Below are positions 48,857 through 60,570 of a stretch of DNA of 64,000 nucleotides, in pieces (position 1 is the first letter of the stretch; the number at the start of each line of letters is the position of its first letter). Under the pieces are notes generated by a model. The model was not told where the DNA came from and ran no database searches. It worked only from the letters and a program-made list of their open reading frames with translations. The stretch comes from Cyanophora paradoxa CCMP329 (taxonomy: Eukaryota > Plantae > Glaucophyta). Both the position numbers and the translations under genes were made by a program. Where the stretch lies: NCBI GenBank assembly GCA_004431415.1, contig QPMI01000408.1, forward strand, positions 310,001 through 374,000, in the 5' to 3' direction.

Positions 48857-51800
48857 GTGGCGGCGACCGCGGCTAGGCTGCGCTTCCCACATGTACACGG
48901 TACCGGTGTTGCCCGTGGCCTAAAGCTACACCAGTAGCTCCCAACTAGGCCTGCTGCTGCCAGCCTGCTGGTACTACGGTATACGTATGTACTACGGTAA
49001 GCTGGCTAGCGCTTGCAATTGCGCTGCGGCGCACGCCCGCGGCCGGCGCCCCGGTCGGGCCGCCGCGGGCGGCCCTGCCTGGGCCCGGGGGCCGGCGGCC
49101 CGGGCCCCCGCGGGCCGCGGCCCGCGGCCGCCCGGGCTCGGCCCCGGCGGGCCATGCCAGGCCCCGCCCCAGCCGGGCCAGCCCCAGTCCAGCCCCTGCA
49201 GCTGGGCCCGAAATACTATCGCTAAGTCAGTGGACTCAGTACACGTACAAATACCAACTTCGAAATTCCGAAGTTTAACCAAGTATGTCATCCCCAAATT
49301 ATGTCGCCGAAAACTTGAATTCGGGGCGTCATAGTAGCCTATTAGTAGGCTATTAGTGGCCTAGTAGGGCGTGCTTAGTGTTACCCCCCCCAATTTATAT
49401 AATTAGCGTCCAACAGAAGCATGAAAATTGCATGATGATCATGACATAATTTGGGGGCGTCATATTTCGCACAGAGAAGGGTCGCGATCGGGTTCTATAA
49501 CGACAGACATGACAGATTTAATATTTGCCCGTGACAGGCTGACAGCACGCAAGCTAGCCCGTTTAAGCCCCGTTATCATAATTGTGTCATGCGGTCATGC
49601 ATGAATCTCATGATGCGGAGCGCTAACGCTGGCGGCGGCGCCTGCGGCCCAGGCTGCGGGCTGCAGCTGGCGCCGGGAGGCCCGGGAGGGCCGGGACTCG
49701 CGGCCCGAGTCGCGGCCCCGCGGGTCTCGCAGCCGACTCTCGCTGCCAGGCTGGCCATGGGCGGCACTGCTCCGTGGCAGAGTCCGTGCCGGCGCGGCCC
49801 GTGCACATCATGCATGCGTGAGTCAGCGTGACTGCGCGCGGCATGCGCAGCCATGCAGGCCGCAGCTGCAGGCTGCAGCCTCAGCCGCTGAGCCAGCCTG
49901 CAGCTGCCAGGCTGGCCCTGCTTGCCAAGTTGGGCGGAACTTGGGCCGGCCAGCTGCAGGCTGCAGCTGGCAGCGCAGTGACTGCGCGGCAACGGGCAGT
50001 GCAGGCCGCCTGATCATGAGCGGCTGAGCCTAGTGAGGCCGGCCCGGGCGGCCGGCGCCCGGCTCTAGATCTCGAATCTCGCGATCGATATCGATCCCAT
50101 GATCCGCAACTTTCAAGTTTTCAAGTTTCTTAGCTTGACGGCGAGTTGACGCTCCACTGGGCTATTGATCAGTGATCATGACGGTACCGGTAGTTGACGG
50201 CGAGTTCATTGACGGCGAGTTGACACTTAATCAATTAAAGCGTCCCGAATTGATATCGATGCATTTGGCACAATTGGCACAATTGGCACAATTTGGCAGG
50301 CATTAAAATGTTTTTATATTGCCGCGCAGTGCGCATGCAATTCATGATCACCGTGTGATTATAAGCACATGATTGAGGAGTCAAACTTGAAAAGGGTCGC
50401 ATTAACAGATAAAAGATTAAAGATAAAAAGATAAAGACAATTAGATAAAGCCTCTATCATAAAGGCAATATCACAAATATCTGCGAAAAAGCAACTATGG
50501 AATTTGATGGAAATGTAATCATCCAAGCCGGGGAAAAAGCCGCTCGGAAGGCCAAAAAAAAGCCGCTCGGAAAGTTCATACGCAGTCTTCAGAAGGCAAG
50601 ACCAATCGCGAAGTGCCGTATGGCATGAATGCTTGTTACAGACAACTCCGAAGAAAAAAAGCGGCCAAAAGACCATGATCGAGCCTCATCATCGAGGCTT
50701 CGTTGGTACCGTAGCCTCCGTAGGACCGTAGGCGGCCAATTACAGAAGCTTTAAGGCCACGCGATCGACGAAGAATAAAACATTGAATTAAAATAATATA
50801 AAAGTGTCAGTTGGCTCCGAGTACTACAGTACTACTACTAGGCTAGTCGCTCGGACTCCCTCCGACTCGCCACCGAGTACTAGCTATATAAAGCCTACCG
50901 CGTGGCACGAATTTCGAATTTCGAAATTACCGCGGCAGAAATTACCGCGTTATAGACCCTGGCTCGAAGGTGGCGCCGGCCAACTGGCAAAATACCGCGG
51001 GACCAAATTACCGCGTTATAAAATTTTGAGGCTTGTGTGGGGCGGTTATTGTATCCGTATGCGTATTAGTTCGTGTATATACCTCGATCGTTCGCCGCGA
51101 TGCCATTAATATTACTAAGTAAGTTATATCGATGTACTAGTATACGTACCGCCGCGGCCGCGCGCGGGCGCCGGCGCGGCGCGGCAGCTGCACCCGGTGA
51201 CCGCAGCCTGCACGGCGCGGTCTGCACCGAGCTTGCACGTGGGCATTTACTCGGACTGTACGTATATACAGTGCATGCATGACTCGTGATGTATCAGCCT
51301 GCAGCTGCCGCAATGCAGCCTGGCACTGCAGGCTGGCAGAACATGCCCAGCAGCCCAGGCCTAGGTGTGCCCGGGTGCCCTGCAAGGCTGCACCACAGGC
51401 TGCACGCGTGCGGGAGGCGCCGGGAGCTTGCGCCCGGCCGGGAGCCTGCGGGAGGTGGTTTTTGAACGGTTGAACGGTGCCGGCACGCGCGCATCCGTCA
51501 CAGTGTCGCCGACTCGACGCCGAGTCGGAATCACGACACATCGATATCAATTGCAATATCCGCGCCTGAGCTCAAGATGCGTACATGCATGATTACGTAC
51601 TACTAAGCTACGCATAACATGGCTGCAATCCTCGAGGCGATCATGGACACTACGCAGGTGCGCCGAAACACTGAGAGAACTACTAATTTTATAATCCCTA
51701 CCGCATGCGAAGTACTTAGCAGCAGATGTATACGTACATGCGTACGTACGTATACACGTGCGCATGCACGCGTACACGTACGGCCTTGCATAAACATGCG

Positions 51801-52454
51801 TATACATATATATATTATATATAAAGGCATCCGCAAATTAAACTACGATATCGTTATCGATTTCTATCGATCGCGATATCTCAGAGTCTGCATGCGCACA
51901 TGAATGAAGATATAGGGATCGGCGGGAGCCCTAGGCCTGCATATATATATAAATAATGTAAATGTTCATCTGTAAATGTTATGATAGTTATATGTGGGTG
52001 CGCGTGCGCGCATGCGGGCTGTGCTCGGCTGATGATCATAAAAAAATGTAAAATGGGCATACTGCCCCACGAAATTATATATGGTAATAAAATCGAATAA
52101 ACTTTAAACTTTTCGATATTCCACAAACGTTTCGACAAAACCAAATCAAAAACAAACCATTCACAGTAACCACACAAAACAAAACGTAAAATCTCAGTAA
52201 GCCTCAGTAACAACTTAAAACCTCTCATTTTTTACTGTATTTTTTGAACGGTTTTTTACTGTATTTTCTACACTAGAAACAACGATAGAAACAACAATAA
52301 AAACAATATAATTTTAATTGCTTTTTAATCGTATATATGTCAATATATCAATGTAGTATATATGATATATATCATCGAAAATCGATATATGTTCATACGT
52401 ATAACATATCGATTTGTGTATATATGATATATCATGACGTCACTAAGACGTCAC

Positions 52455-52585
52455 TATAATCGATTACATGCAATCGATTACAGGAAATGGATTACTGCAA
52501 GCAATCGATTGCAATGAATCTGAAAGTGTAATCGATTACCACCATGAATGTAAAAAGAAACCGATTGCCGAAATCGATTACAATG
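52455..52585. repeat. Dispersed AATCGATTAC/G repeats in the virus end region
   Basis: At least 5 copies of aatcgatta/g. Confidence 0.7.
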
Positions 52586-52756
52586 ACGTCATGATGACGA
52601 TGCATATGTATATGATATATATGACATACCACATGACTCGGGAGATCGATCACGGCGATGTGTATATTGTCATGATGTATATGTATATATGTGTGACGCA
52701 ATCTGATTGGCTCACTGACTTTCAATGTATCCCTCTTCAACTTCTCCCCAGGTTTA

Positions 52757-52860
52757 CATCACAGATAACATCTCAGATAATATCTCAGATAATACCTCAG
52801 ATTATATCTCAGATTATATCTCAGATAATATCTCAGATAATACCTCAGATTATATCTCAG
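52757..52860. repeat. 12-bp tandem repeat (ATATCTCAGATW)n
   Basis: About 8-9 tandem units directly visible. Confidence 0.9.
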
Positions 52861-52972
52861 TTAAAATATGTTATCGAATCTGTTATTGAATATGTTATGA
52901 AATATGCCATAAAATTTGATATATAATATGTTATGGATAATGTTTTGGATAAGAAGTAAATCTGATTGGTCC

Positions 52973-53186
52973 GTGGTTTTTACCTCAGTTGGGTACGATG
53001 TTTGTGATTGAAACCTCTTTTCTTCGAGGTTTTTACCTTGCGAGGTTTGAACCTCATTTTTGTCGAGGTTTCAACCTCTTTTTTCCGAGGTTTTTACCAC
53101 GCCGAGGTTTCAACCTCGTTTTTTTGCGAGGTTTTTACCTCGCGGAGGTATTTACCTTTTTTTTTGAACGAGGTTTCTACCTCGGC
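52973..53186. repeat. Array of short palindromic GAGGTT(N)AACCTC / GAGGTTTTTACC units
   Basis: About 10 hairpin-forming units separated by T-runs or a few bases. Confidence 0.85.
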
Positions 53187-53336
53187 ATCTTCAAACGCTT
53201 GTATCTCATCACCAGATTATGATCTCGCAACGTTCTGCATAGCGTTGTGAAGCGCTTTTCAAGCTCTACGCAACTACGTAATCATCTTATTGTTGCAAGC
53301 TACCTTATCATACAACATTTCTCAAAACTCGTCCTT

Positions 53337-54095
53337 TCACACACTGATTGTGGTCATTTCTCGTTGAATCCGAGCCATCTGACCCCTTTTAATTGCTTTT
53401 CTTTTCACAAACTTCTTAAAGCCCTTCATATCATCATCAGTTAGTACTGCTCTATCAGTATAGGTCTTGATATCATAACCTTGCAGGCTAGCTATGACAG
53501 TTTGGTAATTATAACCCCATAGTCTATGCAATTCCTTGTAGGTCTTCTTATCCATACCACCATTGTACTCATCAAAAGCGCAGTTGAATTCCTTTTCGTT
53601 CCCAAGAATATTAAAAAATACAACGAATTCCACATTGCGACGAATGGTAGTAGAAATTGAGCATAAACGCTGAACATTAAATATCACCGAGATTGAATAA
53701 TGTCTTCCACTCGTGACCAATTTAGATAAAACAGCCGAATTATGCATATCCAAATTTGAACCTATCATATCATCAAGTATAATTACTAGATTATTGCGTT
53801 TCTCATTGTTCTCGATTCGTTTCTTTTGCATACTGATCAATCTCAAAACAATGTTATCATCCCACTCCTCATAGATGTTATCGGGATGGGTGATGTCATT
53901 AAATTGCCCAGTAAAGGCTGTTGAACTAAATATAACGATCTGATCGATCTTGTCACGAAGCTCGTAAAGTAAGTATTTTGTGAACATTGTCTTACCTGTA
54001 TTGGAGCGACCAACATTCAAAATTCTCGTTGGGATTCGAACTGTTTTGCTCGGATCAAACTCCGGTATATCATCTAGATTTACTGTGTTATCCAT
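53337..54095 (-). CDS. A32/FtsK-HerA-like genome packaging ATPase (252 aa)
   Basis: Walker A GRSNTGKT, Walker B LVIILDD, family motif LVTSGRHYSI...VQ...ISTTIRRN. Confidence 0.93.
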   Translation of the reverse strand: MDNTVNLDDIPEFDPSKTVRIPTRILNVGRSNTGKTMFTKYLLYELRDKIDQIVIFSSTAFTGQFNDITHPDNIYEEWDDNIVLRLISMQKKRIENNEKRNNLVIILDDMIGSNLDMHNSAVLSKLVTSGRHYSISVIFNVQRLCSISTTIRRNVEFVVFFNILGNEKEFNCAFDEYNGGMDKKTYKELHRLWGYNYQTVIASLQGYDIKTYTDRAVLTDDDMKGFKKFVKRKAIKRGQMARIQREMTTISV

Positions 54096-54176
54096 TACAG
54101 TAATAAGATAAAAAACAAAATAAACTACTCACCTACTTAATTTTTGCGCTTCCTACTCTTACAAAAGAAAAGAACT

Positions 54177-55402
54177 TTAGAAGTTCGAGACTTTCAGGGT
54201 AGAGATGTTGTAGCCATTGAGGACCATAACATTGTGTCGTAGGGCATAGATATCAACCTGAACAGGAGCAGCATCAGTGCATCCCGAAACAGTGAGATCC
54301 ATGTAACTCGAGCTGCTGTTGAAGAAATCCTGGTAACCCATAACCGAGTTCCGAAGCGAATCTTTTCCGGACTTGGAAAGAACAATTCCATAAACATTTC
54401 CAGACTCGAATCCGTACGTGGTATTGCCAACAGTAACACCCTTGTAGTGAGAAGGAATGTGATTGACAGCAGAGAGGAAACCGGAAATGGGTTTGTTAGA
54501 TATATCCAGGGAGCGATTGTTGTGGAAGATCTGGAACTGATCAATCTTAACAGCAGATTCATGACCGCAGAAATCCGAGTGAGTGTAGGTGTTAAGTTTG
54601 TTCACCTCTCGAACAGTCATCAGAATCGAGTGAACCAGACCAGAAACATTAGCGAGTGTAACCTCAACAGATTCACCAGCATCAGCGGTTTTGAGCGCTC
54701 GGGTCTTCTTGTGAATGACCTCTGTGATCGGGATGCGAATGCCACCTTGTTCGTTTGCCATTTTAAGGAGTGTCTCAGCCTCAGCCGAAGCAATGTTTAC
54801 GAATTGGCAGATCAGAGAGCAATCCGCAAAGGTTACAGATCCACCAGCCGGAACTTGGACAATCGCAGCATCACGGAAATCAACCTCGATTGTTGGCATA
54901 TCGGCTAGCGTACATAATGGGAAATAAGCTTCTTCCCAGAAAGCAGCGGGGATTCTAACGATGTATTCCATTGCTTCATCTGTGCTTTCACGATCTGTCT
55001 CTTTGAAGTAACCGAGAGAAGCATACATGCTGCTCATGGTAGCGTGATCATTATCGACCAGGGCGTTTACAGTGATCCAATCACCAGGGATAATATACTT
55101 GAAACCACCATGAACGAAACGGACCTCATTAATAAAAGAAGAACCACCATTGGGAGGGTGCAGGCTACACCACCACCAGTGGCAATCTTGAAATAGAGCG
55201 AAACACCAGCAAGGAGTTGCTTGCGAGGTAGATCAAAGTAAGCGGTATTCTTGAAGCCAAAAGTGTTGCCTCGGGGACGAACTTGCTCGAGGAATGGTTT
55301 GTATTTGGGGTTGGTTCCGATTTGGAGACCAGGGGAAAGATAAATTTGATCGGAACCGGGAGTTACGAGGAGTTCCTTCAGGGTAGTTCCAGTGAGTGCC
55401 AT
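54177..55402 (-). CDS. Double-jelly-roll major capsid protein (~408 aa after one -1 frameshift near 55150)
   Basis: Joining ORFs 55067-55402 and 54177-55037 gives ...FDLPRKQLLAGVSLYF...NGGSSFINEVRFVHGGFKYIIPGDWI... and ends VDIYALRHNVMVLNG, matching DJR-MCP patterns. It lies between the ATPase and the penton. Confidence 0.85.
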
Positions 55403-55454
55403 CTCTTATGTTTAAAATACCAAAAGAAATTTTTAAAATGCTTTATTAAACAGA

Positions 55455-56342
55455 ATGACGCGTTACTATCTCAATATTGATTCCAGGGACCGATCGGATG
55501 GAACCCCAACTAATTTCACATACAGACTCCCTTATGCAATCCAAAAGGTCAGAGCCTGTCGAGTAACGAACTTTGAGATGTTTCACAATCTTTACAACCT
55601 CTCTGAAGTAGGAACCCTCACCACACAAACACTCGATAATGCTGGGAACCCAAAGAATAGAAACAACGAAGTCCTCCGAGGTGCATATACACCGGATTCA
55701 CTGGTGAATTATCTGATCGCTCGCATTGGATCCCAGCCCTATAATCAAGCGGGTGGCGGAACTTACACTCGCCATTTCTATGTAACCTATGATCCCACAA
55801 CATTGCTTCTAAGGTTCATGTGTGAGGTTCCATTCTCAATCACTATGAACACTCAACTCTTAGCCAATTTCTGTGGTTTTGAAAATGCTAACACACTGTA
55901 CCAATCGAGTCCTCTATCATCTAATGTCACAGTTGGAGCCTTTACTTATGCTCACTACATTGATAGTGAAATGCCATTAGATCTACTATTTAATTCCTAT
56001 TTGCTTCTTCATGTTGATCCACTGAAAGGAAGATATGTGAGCAATAACAAACGAGATAACAATGCTATCGCGAAAATTGAGATTGACCAAACGGTTGGCA
56101 GTCTATTAAAATATGATTCATCGAATAATTCCATGATCGTTCACGAGCAGAATGGCTTGGTTGAGGTTGAGACTCTAGATGTGAGACTTTCTTACTGGAA
56201 TGGAGCCACAGCAGACATTACTACCGACTGGTCGATGACTCTTGAACTGATTACTGAAGATGATAAAGATCTGACGAAAAAAGCATTGAAGAATGTCATA
56301 AAAGAGTTGGAGGGACTCTACCTGCCGTTCTCACGGTCATAG
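55455..56342 (+). CDS. Minor capsid (penton) protein
   Basis: N-terminal LNIDSRDR...NFTY and C-terminal LDVRLSYWNG...DWSMTLEL, typical of single-jelly-roll pentons of PLVs/NCLDVs. Confidence 0.88.
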   Translation: MTRYYLNIDSRDRSDGTPTNFTYRLPYAIQKVRACRVTNFEMFHNLYNLSEVGTLTTQTLDNAGNPKNRNNEVLRGAYTPDSLVNYLIARIGSQPYNQAGGGTYTRHFYVTYDPTTLLLRFMCEVPFSITMNTQLLANFCGFENANTLYQSSPLSSNVTVGAFTYAHYIDSEMPLDLLFNSYLLLHVDPLKGRYVSNNKRDNNAIAKIEIDQTVGSLLKYDSSNNSMIVHEQNGLVEVETLDVRLSYWNGATADITTDWSMTLELITEDDKDLTKKALKNVIKELEGLYLPFSRS

Positions 56343-56378
56343 GAAATACTGTAGAATAAATTTGTTTCAATATTACAA

Positions 56379-57140
56379 ATGGCTCGCAAGACTCAACCCA
56401 AGAATTTCTTAGCCAAACCAGCCGCTGAAGCGGATGTTGGCAATGGTGAGAATGGAAGGAACTGGTATAAGAAATCGAAAGGACTCGCTGCATACGGAAC
56501 TGGTGACCTCGAAAAGGAAGTCCATAAAGAACGAAACCAATTCACCCAAGCCACTACGAAAAACAGTAATGATGATAATGCCCTTGTTGACCAAGTCCCA
56601 CTGAACCGCATGCCCGGAGCCAAACGAGGAATCAAGAAAGGACAGTTCAAATCATCCACAAAGGACAAGGTTGCATCATCATCGACACTGCTGAAACTGC
56701 TTGATGGTGGTGAGCGACTCTACTCAACCTATTCCGAGAAAGACCATCGCAACCGCTACTTTATTCGTTCAACCACTGGTGGACTGAAATCTGTAACATA
56801 TCAGTATGCTAAGAGTCTTGTTGATGGTATTGCAGCAGAGACCAAAAACGAAAACAAGATCAAGGAACAGCCAATCACAAAGGAAAAGGTTGAGAAGAAA
56901 CCAGAAGTAACCCATGAAGTTATTCCCGAACCTGTTCATGTGGCAAAAGACTCACCTACAGAATTGATTGCAAAGACCATTGAGTATCAAGACTCCAACA
57001 AAACGGATTTGCCGGTTCTCAATAAGTCGATCCTTCGGGTTGCCACTTCGCAGGCTGATCCAGTCAACTCGATTCCAAATGCTGCCCCAATGGTCTCTGG
57101 ATTCGCCAAGCTTGGTATAAGACCCGGTTATCGCCGTTAA
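56379..57140 (+). CDS. Lys-rich hypothetical viral protein (possible core/DNA-condensing protein)
   Basis: Clean 253-aa ORF directly after the penton; basic. Function inferred only from composition and position. Confidence 0.7.
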   Translation: MARKTQPKNFLAKPAAEADVGNGENGRNWYKKSKGLAAYGTGDLEKEVHKERNQFTQATTKNSNDDNALVDQVPLNRMPGAKRGIKKGQFKSSTKDKVASSSTLLKLLDGGERLYSTYSEKDHRNRYFIRSTTGGLKSVTYQYAKSLVDGIAAETKNENKIKEQPITKEKVEKKPEVTHEVIPEPVHVAKDSPTELIAKTIEYQDSNKTDLPVLNKSILRVATSQADPVNSIPNAAPMVSGFAKLGIRPGYRR

Positions 57141-57400
57141 GGATCAATCTGAATAATATAATTTCTCAAACATTGTTAGCGCTACGTAACCAATCCTATC
57201 CCGTAGGCTCAAAACTTCTTCATTTTTATGGAGGCGTTGTAGAGCGAAGTGAAATATCCATAGGTAAATCACTTTAATCACCTGTTCTACCGGGTTCAGT
57301 GGTAGAAACTTGCAGCCGACAAGTGAACCTTCTGGGTATCGGTAGCTTTATCATTTTTCCAGCATCTTCTTTCGTACTGGATGCTCTGCAATCGGGACCA

Positions 57401-57408
57401 AAAATTGA
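57401..57408 (+). promoter_or_regulatory. AAAATTGA motif (Mimivirus-type early promoter)
   Basis: Exact octamer ~86 nt upstream of ATG 57494, followed by CTTAAAGA at 57449. Confidence 0.45.
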
Positions 57409-57493
57409 TTGGGTTCTCACAAAGAATATATACACGACATAAAAACTACTTAAAGATTTCTTAACATATATTAAGAGAGTAGAAAGGACAAGA

Positions 57494-57757
57494 ATGACGA
57501 TCACAGAAGCCCAAAAGAAAGCAACTTACCGCTACCGTAAAACAGAAAAGGGTATGTTAGCGCTTGCTAGGATTAATGAGAAACGCAATGCAAAATGGAA
57601 CGAACTCTACAACAATGATGAAGAATTCAGACAAGCTCACATAATGACTTCATGCAAGGCTCAATATGTAAATAACACCATTCTCTATGTAAAGTATCTA
57701 TTTGACGTTCCTCGTACCAACCGCGGACGTCCATCAAAGTATGTTAATGCTTGTTAA
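57494..57757 (+). CDS. Small basic protein with an AT-hook-like RGRP motif
   Basis: 87 aa, TEAQKKATYRYRK...PRTNRGRPSKY, followed by a hairpin at ~57764-57787. Confidence 0.7.
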   Translation: MTITEAQKKATYRYRKTEKGMLALARINEKRNAKWNELYNNDEEFRQAHIMTSCKAQYVNNTILYVKYLFDVPRTNRGRPSKYVNAC

Positions 57758-57989
57758 TCGTTTTTCTCAGCGCGATTGCTCTGAGAACCCGCGGAAACCG
57801 CGCTGGAAGCAAAACTATAAATCTTTCTGTTATTTTTAGAGTTCGATGATCGAGCCAACCCTTTGTTATTTTTATAAATGCCCTCGACTGAATTTATTTT
57901 GTTGGAGACTTTTGGTTTTGCCGGTAAAATTTGACGCGAGTATAAAATGACTTAAGGAAATAAAATATAGAGTATATATAAAAGTGAAA

Positions 57990-59741
57990 ATGCCTCGCGC
58001 AGTAAGTATTCAGAATGCTAGAAAGAGACAAGGAATGCTAGCAAAGCTTGGTTACCTTCTTGGTGTCGGAATCATAAATGAAGAGCAATTTAACGCATTG
58101 GGTTACTTTGCCTTCATTAAGAGACTTCGATCTGCTGGTCTGAAGGACATAAGCGATACAATTGATGGTATTATTGCCAGGGGTGAGGGCAGACTGAATG
58201 AGCAGGATGAAATCGAGAGATTTGGTAACATTGAGGTTATTGAAGGTGGAAATAAGAAGACCAAAGCAGAGCGGATCGCTGAAAAACGAGACAAGAGAGC
58301 TGAAAGGAAGCAGCAGAAGAAGCAGAAGAAAGCAGGGAGAACCGCTAAGAATGTTGAGAAGCAGAAGGTTAGAGAAAGAATAGCAAAGGAGGCAAAACAG
58401 CAGAGAGAGGATGAGAAGAAGCAACGAGAGGAGGCAGAGGTGATGCAGGCTATGAATAGTCTTGTAAGTGAGGTCACTTGGAGGAACCAGACCAAAGATA
58501 ACATCGCTTCTGCCCATGAGTTTATTGATAGGGTTGTTCGTTGGGATCCCTTTTACAATCGTTTTCGAGATGCTCTTCGTAACAGACGAGGTATTAAGTA
58601 TAACCTCTACAGCATGGCGAGATATGTGAAAGTGGCAACTGGAGAAATAAGAACCATGCAATGGACCACCCCATTCTACCTTCTTGTCAATGATCAAGAG
58701 ATTGTTGATACTGTTGATGAATCAATTGATGCATTGCAGGAGGTTCTCACTTCACCTGATAGTTGGAAGCTAGAAAACATCTTAACAGTTCGCTTGCAGA
58801 TTCTTACTTATCAGCCACTCGCAGGTAGCTCCTATATTGACCTCCCACCAGGAATAAAAAAGCGTAAAGCTGTGATTAATCCACAGAACAAAGATAATAA
58901 ATGTTTCGCATGGGCGGTAACTATTGGACTACATCAACATGAGCTATCTCATAAACACCGATATGATGTAAAGCGATACAAGAAGTATGAGAATGAGTTC
59001 AATTGGAATAAGTTTGAGTTCCCATTCAAGAATGATCCTCGTCAGTACGAACGAGCATCAAAAATGATTGGTCGACCAATCAATGTGTATATGGTCGATC
59101 GATCACATATCGTTCCAGTCCATATCTGTAAGGACCCATCCCAACAACATCTTACAATTGACATTCTTCTGTGGACTGTCAACGAAAAAACCCACTATGG
59201 TTACATTTCTAGCATGTCAAGGTTAATATCGAATTCACACCATGGAACTCGCCATTTCTGTAAAGCTTGTTTGAGAGGGTTCACCAGTGAAACGGTATTG
59301 GAGAGACACATTAAACACAACAAGTGTTACGATCGACCAAATGCAACAGTTGACACAATGCCACCAAGCGGATCTAAGACCAAGTGGGACCCAAAGAGAC
59401 ATGTTGACAAGACTGTATGGCATCCAATGTTTGTTGTTGCTGACTTCGAATGTATATTGCAAAAGGTGGATGAGACACGAGGTGAAAACACTGCAGTCTA
59501 CCAGAAGCACATTCCAAGTGGATACAAAATCATGGTTATCCACAACGAAGAGATTATAAAACAGGTATTGTATCGGAAGGAGAACCCAGAAAATGATGAT
59601 GAGGTTACACAGCACTTTATGGAGACACTGAAAACGATTGAATCCGATTTACTTGAGAAGCTTAGACATGTTGCACCAATGGTTATGGAACAATGGCACA
59701 AAGAGGATTACAGAGATTCTGTTGCTTGCTACATCAGCTGA
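57990..59741 (+). pseudogene. Protein-primed family B DNA polymerase (Polinton-type: terminal protein + vOTU + start of exonuclease), 3'-truncated
   Basis: YQPLAGSSYIDLP...VINPQNKDNKCFAWAV...HYGYI, Zn finger FCKACL...LERH, Exo I VVADFE, YQKHIPSGY. It stops at CYIS*, before the polymerase domains. Confidence 0.9.
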
Positions 59742-60075
59742 GCTGTGAGCATTACACCCAAAAATTACCCCAATATAATTTGCCCCTTCAAGCAATATCC
59801 GCATGATTCCCAGTAACCCAATCCCCAATCTCAGTAAATCTCAGTAAGCCTCAGTCACAATCTATTTTATTTAATCGAAGTTATATCTAAAATCTAATCA
59901 ATCGAAGTTATATGCATTACACCCAAATTTTACCGCATTTTATTTACGACATTCAGTAACAACGAGAGATTCCCGATGATACACCCAATATACCCATATT
60001 TCTCGATTGAATCCATAAAAAACAACAAACCATAACTAACACCCGTTACACTTTAAATTTTCCGATTGATTCACA

Positions 60076-60534
60076 TTACACCCATGAGTTGTAAGATGAC
60101 ATAATACCCATTTCACGGAAGAGATTAACGCGCTGTTGACATACATAATATCTTCCTTTCTCTTTTGTGTAATTCACCAAATCTTTCCACGGGTTTCTAC
60201 ACATCATATGTTTTTCATTCCATGTTAAATACTTTCTCGGAACCAGAGTAACAGTTAAACCACTCGAACGATTTTTAAATTCCTCTTCTATTTCCTTTCG
60301 TTTTATTTTCAATTCGTCTAATCGTTTTTCGCAATCTATGTGGTTTAATATCCTCGAATTTCCCTCATCTTCTTCTCTGTTTTCTTCTTCTTTGGCTCTC
60401 TCTAAATTCTGTTCCTCCCGGTGTTTCTCACAATAGACAGTATATCTTTGAGATTCATAGCTGAAAAAGTCATGGGATCTTCGAACTGTGCAGCATCCAC
60501 AATCTTCATATGTTTCCGTCGTTTCCCACCCCAT
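60076..60534 (-). CDS. Hypothetical viral protein (Cys/His N-terminus, charged coiled coil)
   Basis: 152-aa ORF with DCGCC...YCEKH; exact AAAATTGA on its strand at 60571-60578. Confidence 0.7.
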   Translation of the reverse strand: MGWETTETYEDCGCCTVRRSHDFFSYESQRYTVYCEKHREEQNLERAKEEENREEDEGNSRILNHIDCEKRLDELKIKRKEIEEEFKNRSSGLTVTLVPRKYLTWNEKHMMCRNPWKDLVNYTKEKGRYYVCQQRVNLFREMGIMSSYNSWV

Positions 60535-60570
60535 CGTTATTACTACCTCTCAAATTCCTTTTAAACTCTG

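Larger units (their letters stand above)
52040..59748. mobile_element. Endogenous Polinton-like virus, copy 1 (truncated within pPolB)
   Basis: Abrupt switch to AT-rich, intronless, gene-dense DNA encoding an ATPase, MCP, penton and pPolB. Left boundary approximate. Confidence 0.88.

Noticed and set aside
52468-52926. 152-aa ORF with SQII repeats
   Set aside because: Openness is explained by the 12-bp tandem repeat; the rest is low-complexity translation of non-coding repeats.
52973-53186. CRISPR-like array of palindromic repeats
   Set aside because: Units are ~13-15 bp with only few-base or poly-T spacers, there are no cas genes, and the context is eukaryotic and viral.
55067-55150. Hydrophobic tail (MVVLLLLM...) as a membrane anchor on a short MCP product
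   Set aside because: In copy 2 this frame has non-synonymous changes and an earlier stop, so it is not conserved.
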